From positions 2,534-66,533 of the forward strand of contig CAYWGD010000026.1 in the NCBI GenBank assembly GCA_964457335.1: 64,000 nucleotides of DNA. Reading direction: 5' to 3'. Position numbers and translations under genes: made by a program. The DNA comes from an uncultured Enterobacteriaceae bacterium. GTDB lineage: Bacteria; Myxococcota_A; UBA796; SXON01. Every line of letters begins with the position of its first letter. Within the stretch, counting starts at the first letter, position 1. Of this stretch, positions 55,596 to 64,000 are shown piece by piece. The notes beneath the pieces are model-generated. The model had not been told where the DNA came from, did no database searches, and saw only the letters and a list, made by a program, of their open reading frames with translations.

Positions 55596-58500
55596 ATGAC
55601 CACGCTCCTGCTCGTCCTCGCCGCGTTCGCCCACCCCGACGGCCCCGCGCCGCACCTGACGCCGGAGGCGGCCGCGCCGGCGACCGCCGCCGAGCCGGAG
55701 GAGAAGGCCCCGAAGCCCGACTGGAAGGTGGACGAGCCGCACGGCCCCACCCACCCCGTGTCCTTCGACCTGCGCGAGGGCACCTGGATGAGCGTCACCG
55801 TGCACGGCGACCGGGTGGTGTTCGACCTGCTCGGGGACCTCTGGTCGCTCCCGCTCGCGGGCGGGGAGGCCACGCGCCTCACCTCGGGCGCCGCGTGGGA
55901 CACCCAGCCGCGCTTCAGCCCCGACGGCACCCGGATCGCGTTCGCCTCGGACCGGGGCGGCAACGAGCAGCTCTGGGTCATGGACGCCGACGGCACGGAC
56001 GCGCGCCCGATCACCGACGAGGGCGAGGCGCGCGTGACCGAGCCGCTCTGGGACCCGAGCGGCGACTGGGTCATCGGGCGGCGGCGCACGGTCGACACGC
56101 GCAGCATCGGCGTCACGGAGCTCTGGCAGTACCACCTGGAGGGCGGCAAGGGCTTCCGCCTCACCTCGCTCGACGCGCACCCGCACGCCGGCGAGGCCAC
56201 CACCGACGGCCGCTACGTGTGGTTCTCGTCGCGGAGCGGGCGCTTCGAGTACAACCACGATCCGCTCGGCGGCTTGTGGTCCGTGTGGCGGATGGACCGG
56301 CGCACCGGCCAGCAGCTGCCGGTGATCACCGGCGCGGGGAGCGCGTCGCGACCGTTGCTCTCGCCGGACGGGAGGTCGATGGTGTTCGTGTCGCGCGACC
56401 GCGGGCAGGCCCTGCTCGAGGTGGCCGACCTCGCGACCGGCCGGCGTCGCGTGCTCGCGGACTGGCTCGACCGCGACGAGATGGAGGCCTTCGCGCTCCA
56501 CGGCACCTACCCGGCCATGGACTGGACCGACGACGGCCGGCTCGTGCTCTGGGCCAAGGGCAAGTTGTGGCGGGTGGGGTTGGACGGCACCCGCGCCGAG
56601 ATCCCCTTCCACGCGGTCGGGTCGTGGCAGTTCCGGGACGTGACCCGTTGGGAGCGCGAGGTGCCGGACGACGTGCGGGCCAAGGTGGTGCGCTGGCCGA
56701 CCTGGGGCCGCGACGGGAGCGTGGCGTTCTCGGCGATGGGCGTTTTGTGGGTGCGGAAGCCCGACGGCGCCGTGGAGCGGCTCTCCCCGGGGACCGGGTA
56801 CGCGCCGGCCTGGGGTCCCGACGGCTCGCTGGCGTGGACCTCGTGGAGCGACACGGAAGGTGGCCGCCTGCACGTCACCCGCCTCGGGAAGAAGCGCTCC
56901 GACGAGGTGCTCCCCGTCGAGGGGCAGCTCTTGAACCCCGCGTTCGGGGCGGACGGGCGGATCGTGGCGCTCCGGGGCGTCGGTGGCACGGGCTCGCCCG
57001 ACCTCGGCTCCGAGCCGTGGTACGAGATCGTGCTGCTCGAACGCGGGAAGAAGGGTTGGACCTCGCGCGTGGTCACCTCGACGGGCAACCGCGGCTCCGC
57101 GTCGCGCGCGACCCGGCTGTACCTGCACGACGACCGGGTCTGGTTCATGGAGGACCGGCCCGGCGTGGGGCGTGTGCCCGGCAAGACGGCGCTCGTGTCC
57201 GTGGCGTTGGACGGCACGGACGAGCGCACCCACCTGGTGTTCGACGGCGCCGAGGAGATCGCCATCGCGCCCGACTTTCGCCGCGTGGCCTACAAGCAGG
57301 ATCACCAGGCCTGGATCACCGCGCTCCCCACGTGGGGCTCCGAGGTGGCGGTGGACGGGTCCGTGCCGACCCAGCGCCTCACCAAGGTGGTCGGGGACTG
57401 GCTCGGGTGGACGCCCGACGGGAGCGCCGTCACGTGGACGGTGGGGCCGACGCTGCACAAGAAGGTTGTCACGGGGGTCGGTGCGCCTCGGCGGGACCCG
57501 GCGACGGGGGAGGCCCCGAAGCCCGACTACGACGCCGGCGTCGAGAAGCTCGAGGTCGCGCTGAGCGTGCCCCGGGCGCGTCCGGAGGGGGTGATCGCGC
57601 TGACGCACGCGCGGGTGCTCACCATGAACGGCGAGCAGGTGATCGAGGACGCCACCGTGGTGATCGAGCGCGACCGCATCGTGTCGATCGGCGGGCCGGT
57701 GCCCGCGGGCGCCCGGGTGATCGACTGCACCGGGAAGACCGTGATCCCCGGCCTGATCGACGTGCACGCCCACCTGCACTACACCGCGGGTGACATCCTG
57801 CCGGAGCAGGAGTGGCGCTACCAGACGGCGCTCGACTTCGGTGTCACCACCGTGCACGACCCCTCGGCGTCCACGGACCTCGTGTTCACGCAGGCCGAGC
57901 GGGTGGAGGCGGGGTTCGCGCAGGGGCCGCGGGTGTACTCCACCGGCGGGGTGCTCTACGGCGCGCTCTCCAACGACGGCGCCAAGACCGCGGATCCCGA
58001 CGCCGCGCGCGACCACGTGGCCCGGCTCGCCGCGGTCGGCGCGGTGAGCGTGAAGGTGTACCAGCAGAGCCAGCGCGAGCGGCGGCAGTGGTACGTGCAG
58101 GCCTGCAACGAGCTGAAGATCCTGTGCGTCCCCGAGGGGGGTGGGGACTTGTTCCAGAACCTCGGCATGGTGCAGGACGGTTTCCACGCCATCGAGCACT
58201 CGCTGCCCAACTCACCGGTGTACGCCGACGTGGTGCGGTGGATGGCGGGCGGGCGCACGCCGACGAGCGCCGGCACCGCGTGGACGCCCACGCTGCTCGT
58301 CGCCTACGGCGGGCTCATGGGCGAGAATTGGTTCTACCAATACATGAACCCGCTGGACGACGCCCGGCTCTTGCGGCATCACCCCCGGCGCCTGCTCGAC
58401 GCGCAGTCCTGGCGGCGCGACATCCTCGCGCAGGACGCCGAGTGGAACTTCCAGGTCGCCGCCAAGGACGCCGCCAACGTGGCTCGCGCGGGCGGGCTCG

Positions 58501-58769
58501 TGACCCTGGGCGCGCACGGCCAGCTCCAGGGCCTGGGCGTGCACTGGGAGCTCTGGGCGCTGGCCGGCCCGGGGGCGATGACCCCCCTGGAGGCGCTGCG
58601 CGCGGCCACGATCGGCGGGGCGACCTACCTGGGGCTCGAGGAGCAGCTGGGGTCCGTGGAGGTGGGGAAGCTCGCCGACCTCGTGGTGCTCGACGCGGAC
58701 CCGCGCGCGGACGTGCGGAACACGGCGAAGATCGCGTTCGTGGTGAAGAATGGGGTGGTGTGGGAGTAG
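55596..58769 (+). CDS. Amidohydrolase family protein with N-terminal TolB/PD40 beta-propeller
   Basis: QPRFSPDGTRIAFASDRGG; PGLIDVHAH; GAHGQ; ALRAATIGGA..LG...GSVEVGKLADLVVLD. Confidence 0.9.
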   Translation: MTTLLLVLAAFAHPDGPAPHLTPEAAAPATAAEPEEKAPKPDWKVDEPHGPTHPVSFDLREGTWMSVTVHGDRVVFDLLGDLWSLPLAGGEATRLTSGAAWDTQPRFSPDGTRIAFASDRGGNEQLWVMDADGTDARPITDEGEARVTEPLWDPSGDWVIGRRRTVDTRSIGVTELWQYHLEGGKGFRLTSLDAHPHAGEATTDGRYVWFSSRSGRFEYNHDPLGGLWSVWRMDRRTGQQLPVITGAGSASRPLLSPDGRSMVFVSRDRGQALLEVADLATGRRRVLADWLDRDEMEAFALHGTYPAMDWTDDGRLVLWAKGKLWRVGLDGTRAEIPFHAVGSWQFRDVTRWEREVPDDVRAKVVRWPTWGRDGSVAFSAMGVLWVRKPDGAVERLSPGTGYAPAWGPDGSLAWTSWSDTEGGRLHVTRLGKKRSDEVLPVEGQLLNPAFGADGRIVALRGVGGTGSPDLGSEPWYEIVLLERGKKGWTSRVVTSTGNRGSASRATRLYLHDDRVWFMEDRPGVGRVPGKTALVSVALDGTDERTHLVFDGAEEIAIAPDFRRVAYKQDHQAWITALPTWGSEVAVDGSVPTQRLTKVVGDWLGWTPDGSAVTWTVGPTLHKKVVTGVGAPRRDPATGEAPKPDYDAGVEKLEVALSVPRARPEGVIALTHARVLTMNGEQVIEDATVVIERDRIVSIGGPVPAGARVIDCTGKTVIPGLIDVHAHLHYTAGDILPEQEWRYQTALDFGVTTVHDPSASTDLVFTQAERVEAGFAQGPRVYSTGGVLYGALSNDGAKTADPDAARDHVARLAAVGAVSVKVYQQSQRERRQWYVQACNELKILCVPEGGGDLFQNLGMVQDGFHAIEHSLPNSPVYADVVRWMAGGRTPTSAGTAWTPTLLVAYGGLMGENWFYQYMNPLDDARLLRHHPRRLLDAQSWRRDILAQDAEWNFQVAAKDAANVARAGGLVTLGAHGQLQGLGVHWELWALAGPGAMTPLEALRAATIGGATYLGLEEQLGSVEVGKLADLVVLDADPRADVRNTAKIAFVVKNGVVWE

Positions 58770-58808
58770 GATCGCGCGAGGAGCCTGGAGGGCGGCCGCG
58801 CAGCGGCC

Positions 58809-58886
58809 GGTCCGCCCGTCCGCGGGCGGACCAAGCGGCTCCGCCGCGCGCCCGGAAGGGTCCGGCCCCCGCCGCTTCGGCGGGGG
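58809..58886. terminator. Two GC-rich hairpins between convergent genes (possible terminators or RNA stability elements)
   Basis: GGTCCGCCCG-TCCG-CGGGCGGACC (58809-58832) and CCCCCGCCG-CTT-CGGCGGGGG (58866-58886). No U-tract, so the function is uncertain. Confidence 0.4.
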
Positions 58887-58901
58887 ACGCGCCCGGGTGT
58901 G

Positions 58902-60767
58902 TCACTTGGAGAGAGACGAAACGACGGCGCGGCGCACGAACAGGTTACGGTCCGCGCCGGTGGCGTCGACGGTGTCGTCCTCGTAGATGAGGACGATCGC
59001 GTCATGCGCGGCGACCGGGCCGAGGTCGGTGGTGGTGAGTCGCGTCGTGGACTGGGTGTCGACCCGGCGTCCACCGACCAGCACGGTGAAGTTGGCGGGC
59101 CGACCCTCTGCCTCGGTGGCCTGGGTCGTCAGCAGCAGGCGGCCGGGAATGGGCGCGTCGAGGGTGGCACGGCCGTTCGTGTAGAAGGCGAGACCATCCG
59201 CCTCGTGCTGGACCGCAGCGCCCTCGCGGACGGCAGCGGCGAGGTCGAGGTCCTCCTCGTCCGGGAGGGTGAGGCGGACGCGCGCGGGCCACTGGTGGCG
59301 TCCGGTGGCGAGCCCCTGGAGGAGGCGGGCGCGGGCCGTCGGGTCGACGCTCCAGAACACGCTCTCGAACGCGCCGGCGCCCGCGGGGTAGGGAACGAGG
59401 AGACTGCCGGCCTCGCGGAACCCGGTGGGGGGCGCGCCTCCCATCCAGGTGCGGCCGGTGAACGCGATCTGTACGCCGCGGCGCGTGAGCACCTCCGACG
59501 CGCTGTCCGGGGTGAACGCGCCGTCGAGGTGCATGCGGGTGAGCTCGGTGGTGCCGAGGCCCGCGAGGTCGACGAGCGTGGCGTCGGTGTAGAACGCGAG
59601 GGCGCCGAGGTCGTGCGTCGCGACGGTGGCGTCGGGCCATGTGTCCGCGACCCACCGGGCCGTGGCGACGTTCGTGTCGTAGGCGGAGCGGGCACCGACG
59701 TCGTAGCGGTCGAAGGCCTCCGCGGCGCGTACCAGCACCGGTCCGGCGACACACAAGGCGACGGGTGTGACGCGCAGCGCGGATTGGGTTGCGAGCAAAA
59801 GTCGCGCGGGCGTCACGAGCAGCAGGACACCCCACCCGACGAGGTAGGCCTCGTAGCGAAACAACCAACCCACCCGAGCGAGGGCGAGGTGGGTGGCAGC
59901 CACGAGGACGAAGAGCACGACGCGACGGCGGTGGACGCCCGAGGTGTCGAGGAACGCGGCGCCGGCAGCGGCCACGCTCGCCACGGCCAGTATGGGCCCG
60001 CTGGCGTCGATCGCCGACACGAGCGAGGCCCACCAGTCGCGGTCGGCGGCGCCCTTCATGAGCACGCTGTTCGGCAGGAAGAGCCCCCCCTGGTAGACGC
60101 TCCAGGCGCCGAAGCCCAGGACGGCCGTGACGGAGCCGGCGAGGGTGGCAATGGCCGCGCTGGGACGTTCTCTCGCCAGGAGGAGTGCCATCCAACCCGC
60201 GACGAACGCGGTCTCGTAGCGGACGAGCGTAGCGATGCCCGCGATGGCGGCGAGGGCGAGCGTCGGAACCCGCCGGTCGGCCGAGCGGGCGAGGAGCAGC
60301 ACCGTGCCGAGCTGGAGGACGTGCTCCATCCCGAGCGCGGCGAGGTAGGGCACCGGCACCGCCAGCGCGAGGGCGCAGCAGCCGGCGCGGACGGCGGTCT
60401 CGGGGGCGCCCTCGTCGCGGAGCCAGGCCGCGGCGAGCGGGAAGAGCAGGGCGGCTGCGGCCAGGTTGACCCAGAGCGCGACGTCCGCCCGCGGGCCGGT
60501 GAGCGTGAAGATCGCGGCGAGGGTCGCGGTCCAGGCGGGGGAGGACGAGGCCGAGGCGAACTCGCCGGGGTTGACCCCCCACGTCCCGTGCTCGGCGAGC
60601 GTCCGCGCGACGCCGAGGTGGATGTAGGCGTCGTCCAGCGGGTAGGCAAACCAGCCGCCCGTGGCGGCGACCGCGCTGGCCACGAGTGCGCCGACGCCGA
60701 GTCCGGTCAGGACGAACCCGAGCGCGGGGGCGAGCCAGCGGGCAGGTGCAGGCGGGGCGGGTGGCAA
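58902..60767 (-). CDS. Polytopic GT-C-like membrane protein with C-terminal CBM-like domain
   Basis: YPLDDAYIHLGVAR...WGVNPGE.AS.SSSPAWT; many TM segments; C-terminal YEDD...DRNLFV. Confidence 0.7.
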   Translation of the reverse strand: MPPAPPAPARWLAPALGFVLTGLGVGALVASAVAATGGWFAYPLDDAYIHLGVARTLAEHGTWGVNPGEFASASSSPAWTATLAAIFTLTGPRADVALWVNLAAAALLFPLAAAWLRDEGAPETAVRAGCCALALAVPVPYLAALGMEHVLQLGTVLLLARSADRRVPTLALAAIAGIATLVRYETAFVAGWMALLLARERPSAAIATLAGSVTAVLGFGAWSVYQGGLFLPNSVLMKGAADRDWWASLVSAIDASGPILAVASVAAAGAAFLDTSGVHRRRVVLFVLVAATHLALARVGWLFRYEAYLVGWGVLLLVTPARLLLATQSALRVTPVALCVAGPVLVRAAEAFDRYDVGARSAYDTNVATARWVADTWPDATVATHDLGALAFYTDATLVDLAGLGTTELTRMHLDGAFTPDSASEVLTRRGVQIAFTGRTWMGGAPPTGFREAGSLLVPYPAGAGAFESVFWSVDPTARARLLQGLATGRHQWPARVRLTLPDEEDLDLAAAVREGAAVQHEADGLAFYTNGRATLDAPIPGRLLLTTQATEAEGRPANFTVLVGGRRVDTQSTTRLTTTDLGPVAAHDAIVLIYEDDTVDATGADRNLFVRRAVVSSLSK

Positions 60768-60828
60768 GGGGGCGCGAGCTTAGCTGGTTTGGGGGACGGG
60801 GGGGGGGCGGCGGGCTACGCTCGGGGGC

Positions 60829-62832
60829 GTGAGACGGTGGATTGTCGGGACCCGCGCTCTGTTCGGCCCCTCGCTGGCGTCGTGGCTGTCGGGCGTCGTG
60901 GCGATCGCGCTCCTCACCTGGGGGGCTCTCCCGTACCTGTCGGGCCAGATCGACGACAGCTTCATCGTCTTCGCCTACGCCCACCGGATCGTGGAGTACG
61001 GTGAGATCGCCTGGAACACCGGGGTGCGCGTGGAGGGCTACTCGAGCCCCCTGCACCTCTTGCTCATGACGGCTGGCGCCCTCGCCGGTCTGGACCTGGC
61101 GGTCTTCGCGCGGGTCGTCTCCTTCGTGAGCGCGTGCGCGCTGCTCCTCGTCCTCCACCACGCGCGGTTTGGCGACAAGCGTGGGCTCCTCGCCCTCGCG
61201 GTGGCCGCATGGCAGCCGTTCCAGCATTGGGCGGTGGCCGGGCTCGAGACCGCGACGGCGACGCTGATTGGCGCGGCCGGGTGGACCTTGGTCCTGGGGA
61301 CGCGCTGGAGTTGGGCGTGGGGTTGTGCCACGCTGGCGCTGTTCACGCTGGCACGCCCGGAGGGGGCGGCGTGGCTCGCGGCGGGCCTCGCGCGCCGGTT
61401 CGTGCTGCCGCGTGCCTTTGGGGCCCCTGAGAAGGTGGTCATCGGCGCACTCGCCATGCTCGGGGGCTACCACGCGCTGCGGATCGGGTACTTCGGGGAG
61501 GTCTGGCCCACCCCGTTCCTGGTCAAGATCGTGGCGGTCGATGCCTGGCGGGGGGGCCTCGACCAGGGTGGACGCGAGATCCTCTCCGCGGCGGCGATCG
61601 GGATCGTGGTCCTCGCTTCGCGGGCGAAGATCGACCGCTGGGCGTGGGTGCCGCTGCTGATTCAGGCGGGGCTGCTCGTCCGCGCGGGTGGCGACTGGAT
61701 GGGGCATGCGCGGTTCCTCGTTCCCGGGCTGGTTGCGTCGGCCGCCGCCGCGTTCGCCACAGGGAAAAGCCGCTCCTGGCGGCCCGTCGCGGCCGTCGCG
61801 GCCGTCCTGGCGGGGCTCACGTGCTTCTTCTGGGAACCGTCCCGGGAGCGGGGGAAGGAGTCGGGCGCCCGTGATCGTTGGTTCCTGTGGCGCCCGGTCG
61901 CGGCGCTCGGCGTGCCGTGGACCGTGCCGCTCCTGGAGGAAACCCGCTTCCTGGTGGAGCGGGTGCCTCAGGGGGCCGGCGCCTCCATCTCGGACGTAGG
62001 CCTCCCTGGCAACCTTCACGACGTTCGAATCTGGGACGCCGCCGGGCTCACGGACCGCGTGGTCGCCGAGGTGATCGCGAACCCGACGAAGGCGATCACC
62101 ACGGAGCTGAGGGCTCGGTACGACGACGACGATGACCTGTGGTGCGTACGGTACGGCCTGAGCCCGTCGGGGGAGGAGACCGCGCCCGATTGGATGGTGT
62201 CGCGCCTGCCCGAGCGTTCCCCGTCCCCTTCGACGCCCGGGGCCGTCTGGCGTTGTCGGGAAGGCGGGCAACCGGCCTCCGGCGTTGTCGTGGCCCGGTG
62301 GGCGCGGCTCGTGGATCGGTATCCCTCCCAGGATTGGATCCGCTGGCATCACGCCCGGGCGCTCTGGGAGGCTGGGGATGTGGAAGGCGCGCTCGCGTCT
62401 GCGTCCGCCGCGTGGTGGCTGGGCGGCGAGGCCACTGGTTGGCTCGCCTTCGGGGACGACGGCTCCTTCGTTCCGGGTCGGGGTTGGCCGCTCTACACCA
62501 ACGCTTCGTTGGTGTCGCTCCCTGCTTCTTCACCCTTCTGGCAGCGTTTCGAGGTCGCGCTCTCTGCGGACGACCCGGGGACCGAGGGAGCCCGGGTCCG
62601 GTTGGGCTGGGACGATGGTTGTGGGGGGACGACGGAAGTCGTGGTGCACGAGCCGCGGACCACCGCGCCGCCGCATTGTGACGCCGATGGGACGCGCCGC
62701 CTCGCTGTCTCCTTCCTCAACGACGCCGCGGGCCCACACTCCGACCGCAACGTCTACGTCTCCCTCCGAGCCCCTCAGCGGGGAACGGGAATCAGCGTGG
62801 CGCCGCCAGCTTCCTCGGCTCCGCCCGAGTAG
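60829..62832 (+). CDS. Polytopic GT-C-like membrane protein with C-terminal CBM60-like domain
   Basis: IDDSFIVFAYA...WNTGVRVEGYSSPL; LARPEG; GGDWMGHARF; C-terminal FLNDAAGPHSDRNVYV. Confidence 0.7.
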   Translation: MRRWIVGTRALFGPSLASWLSGVVAIALLTWGALPYLSGQIDDSFIVFAYAHRIVEYGEIAWNTGVRVEGYSSPLHLLLMTAGALAGLDLAVFARVVSFVSACALLLVLHHARFGDKRGLLALAVAAWQPFQHWAVAGLETATATLIGAAGWTLVLGTRWSWAWGCATLALFTLARPEGAAWLAAGLARRFVLPRAFGAPEKVVIGALAMLGGYHALRIGYFGEVWPTPFLVKIVAVDAWRGGLDQGGREILSAAAIGIVVLASRAKIDRWAWVPLLIQAGLLVRAGGDWMGHARFLVPGLVASAAAAFATGKSRSWRPVAAVAAVLAGLTCFFWEPSRERGKESGARDRWFLWRPVAALGVPWTVPLLEETRFLVERVPQGAGASISDVGLPGNLHDVRIWDAAGLTDRVVAEVIANPTKAITTELRARYDDDDDLWCVRYGLSPSGEETAPDWMVSRLPERSPSPSTPGAVWRCREGGQPASGVVVARWARLVDRYPSQDWIRWHHARALWEAGDVEGALASASAAWWLGGEATGWLAFGDDGSFVPGRGWPLYTNASLVSLPASSPFWQRFEVALSADDPGTEGARVRLGWDDGCGGTTEVVVHEPRTTAPPHCDADGTRRLAVSFLNDAAGPHSDRNVYVSLRAPQRGTGISVAPPASSAPPE

Positions 62833-64000
62833 TCGGGTGCGCCAACGACGAGGTCGTCCAGGCCATCGCCGTCCACGTCGCCGGCCAGGTCGACGTCGAA
62901 GCCGAACAAGGCGGTCGGGACGACGCTCACCGCGCGTAGAGCTACGTCCTCGGCCGCCATCTCGCCCCCGTACGAGACGTCTCGCCCCTGCAGGATCCAC
63001 GATCGCTGGGTTCCGGAGGCCGACCACGCCTGCGCCACGAAGGTCTCCGAACGCCCGTCGCCATCCCGGTCGCCGAGCGGGATCGCCTTCCGGACCCCGC
63101 CGGACTCCTCCCAGGTGAGGACAAAGCTCGGCAAGTCCATGCCCCTCGTCGGCGCCGCGCCCAACGCGGTGAAGAAGACGAGCTCCTCGGTCGAGCCGAC
63201 GATCGCCACGTCGTCGGCTCCGTCCCCGTCCACGTCCCCGACGTTCACGGCCGAAAGTGCCTCCCCCGTGGTGCCCCCGTACAGCAGGGTGATCGCGACG
63301 TCCTCGAGCCCGCCGCTCGTGTGGCCCGGCACCACGCTCCCGACGAGACCGTCCGTCGCGCTCACCAGCACGTCCGCGAGTCCGTCGCCGTCCTGATCGC
63401 CAGCGCGGTCGACCGCCAGCCCGAAGTAGGCGTTCGGCCAGGGGCCGTCGATCTGTACGTCGGCATCCGCGAGGGTTCCCGAGAAGGTCGGGGCGGAGAA
63501 GATCACAAGCCGGCCCACGCTGCCCGGCCCCCCGTCCGCCGAGCAGCATTCGCCCACCGCGATGTCTTCGACCCCGTCTCCATTCACGTCGCCGAGGAAC
63601 CGGACGGCGCTCGGTCCGTAGGTGCCCGCGGCCTCGGCTCGCACGGTGCCGAGGGAGACCTCGTCGGCCACGGCCGTTCCGGCTTCCCCCCACGCCGTGC
63701 CGCTGACGAGCCACGCCCTTCCCGCGATGTCCGCCTTGCCGCTGGCGACGACCGCGAGGTCGGGCACGCCGTCGTCATTCGCGTCCACGCCCGCATCGAT
63801 GCCGGAGCCGAACGCCGCGCCGGCCTCCGGTGGGAGCAGCGCGGCGGCATCGCGGAGGCTTCCCGACGGGGGGCCTCCGATGCGGTAGAGGGCGCCCCCG
63901 TTCGCGCCCACTGTCGTGTCGTACTCGGAGCCGACGATCACGTCCGGGAGTCCATCGCCGTCGAGGTCTCCCGCACCGGCGACGGTTCGACCCAGCCATT
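62775..64000 (-). CDS. FG-GAP repeat protein, 5' end outside the window
   Basis: Frame is open to the window end (WLGRTVAGAGDLDGDGLPDVIVG); repeated GDVDGDGxDDLVVGAP. Confidence 0.8.
   Translation of the reverse strand, partial: WLGRTVAGAGDLDGDGLPDVIVGSEYDTTVGANGGALYRIGGPPSGSLRDAAALLPPEAGAAFGSGIDAGVDANDDGVPDLAVVASGKADIAGRAWLVSGTAWGEAGTAVADEVSLGTVRAEAAGTYGPSAVRFLGDVNGDGVEDIAVGECCSADGGPGSVGRLVIFSAPTFSGTLADADVQIDGPWPNAYFGLAVDRAGDQDGDGLADVLVSATDGLVGSVVPGHTSGGLEDVAITLLYGGTTGEALSAVNVGDVDGDGADDVAIVGSTEELVFFTALGAAPTRGMDLPSFVLTWEESGGVRKAIPLGDRDGDGRSETFVAQAWSASGTQRSWILQGRDVSYGGEMAAEDVALRAVSVVPTALFGFDVDLAGDVDGDGLDDLVVGAPDYSGGAEEAGGATLIPVPR

Noticed and set aside
62775-62832. 58-bp convergent gene overlap as antisense regulation
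   Set aside because: Short 3' overlaps are common in GC-rich genomes because stop codons are rare; no other support.

Overview
High-GC bacterial window, most likely Myxococcota (inferred from MYXO-CTERM-like tails, MopE-type Cys/Asp repeats and a CarH-type regulator). About 40 genes are supportable. (i) Surface/extracellular protein genes: an alpha-2-macroglobulin lipoprotein, two paralogous MopE+FG-GAP lipoproteins, a 46-aa repeat protein, three tandem FG-GAP lipoprotein paralogs and three MYXO-CTERM-like proteins. (ii) A carotenoid locus (crtE-crtI-carH-crtB-crtC-crtD) with a divergent GT2/acyltransferase operon. A visible CarH-type operator overlaps two divergent promoters, and a lycopene cyclase lies about 9 kb away. 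(iii) An unexplained four-gene module: nitrilase-fold protein, wHTH protein, GAF/PAS histidine kinase and atypical receiver. (iv) RlmN-like and Tgs1-like methyltransferases, a HisKA-REC protein lacking its ATPase domain, GT4 plus a debranching-type glucosidase, a degenerate pilin, SNF2, a CotH-family kinase, a PD40-amidohydrolase and a divergent pair of GT-C-like membrane proteins. The most striking non-coding feature is a 203-bp element with four phased 23-bp units in >><< arrangement (907-1109). No rRNA, tRNA, CRISPR array, transposase or integrase was recognised. All calls come from manual motif reading; no database searches were run, and many start codons were re-assigned by eye from the ORF track.
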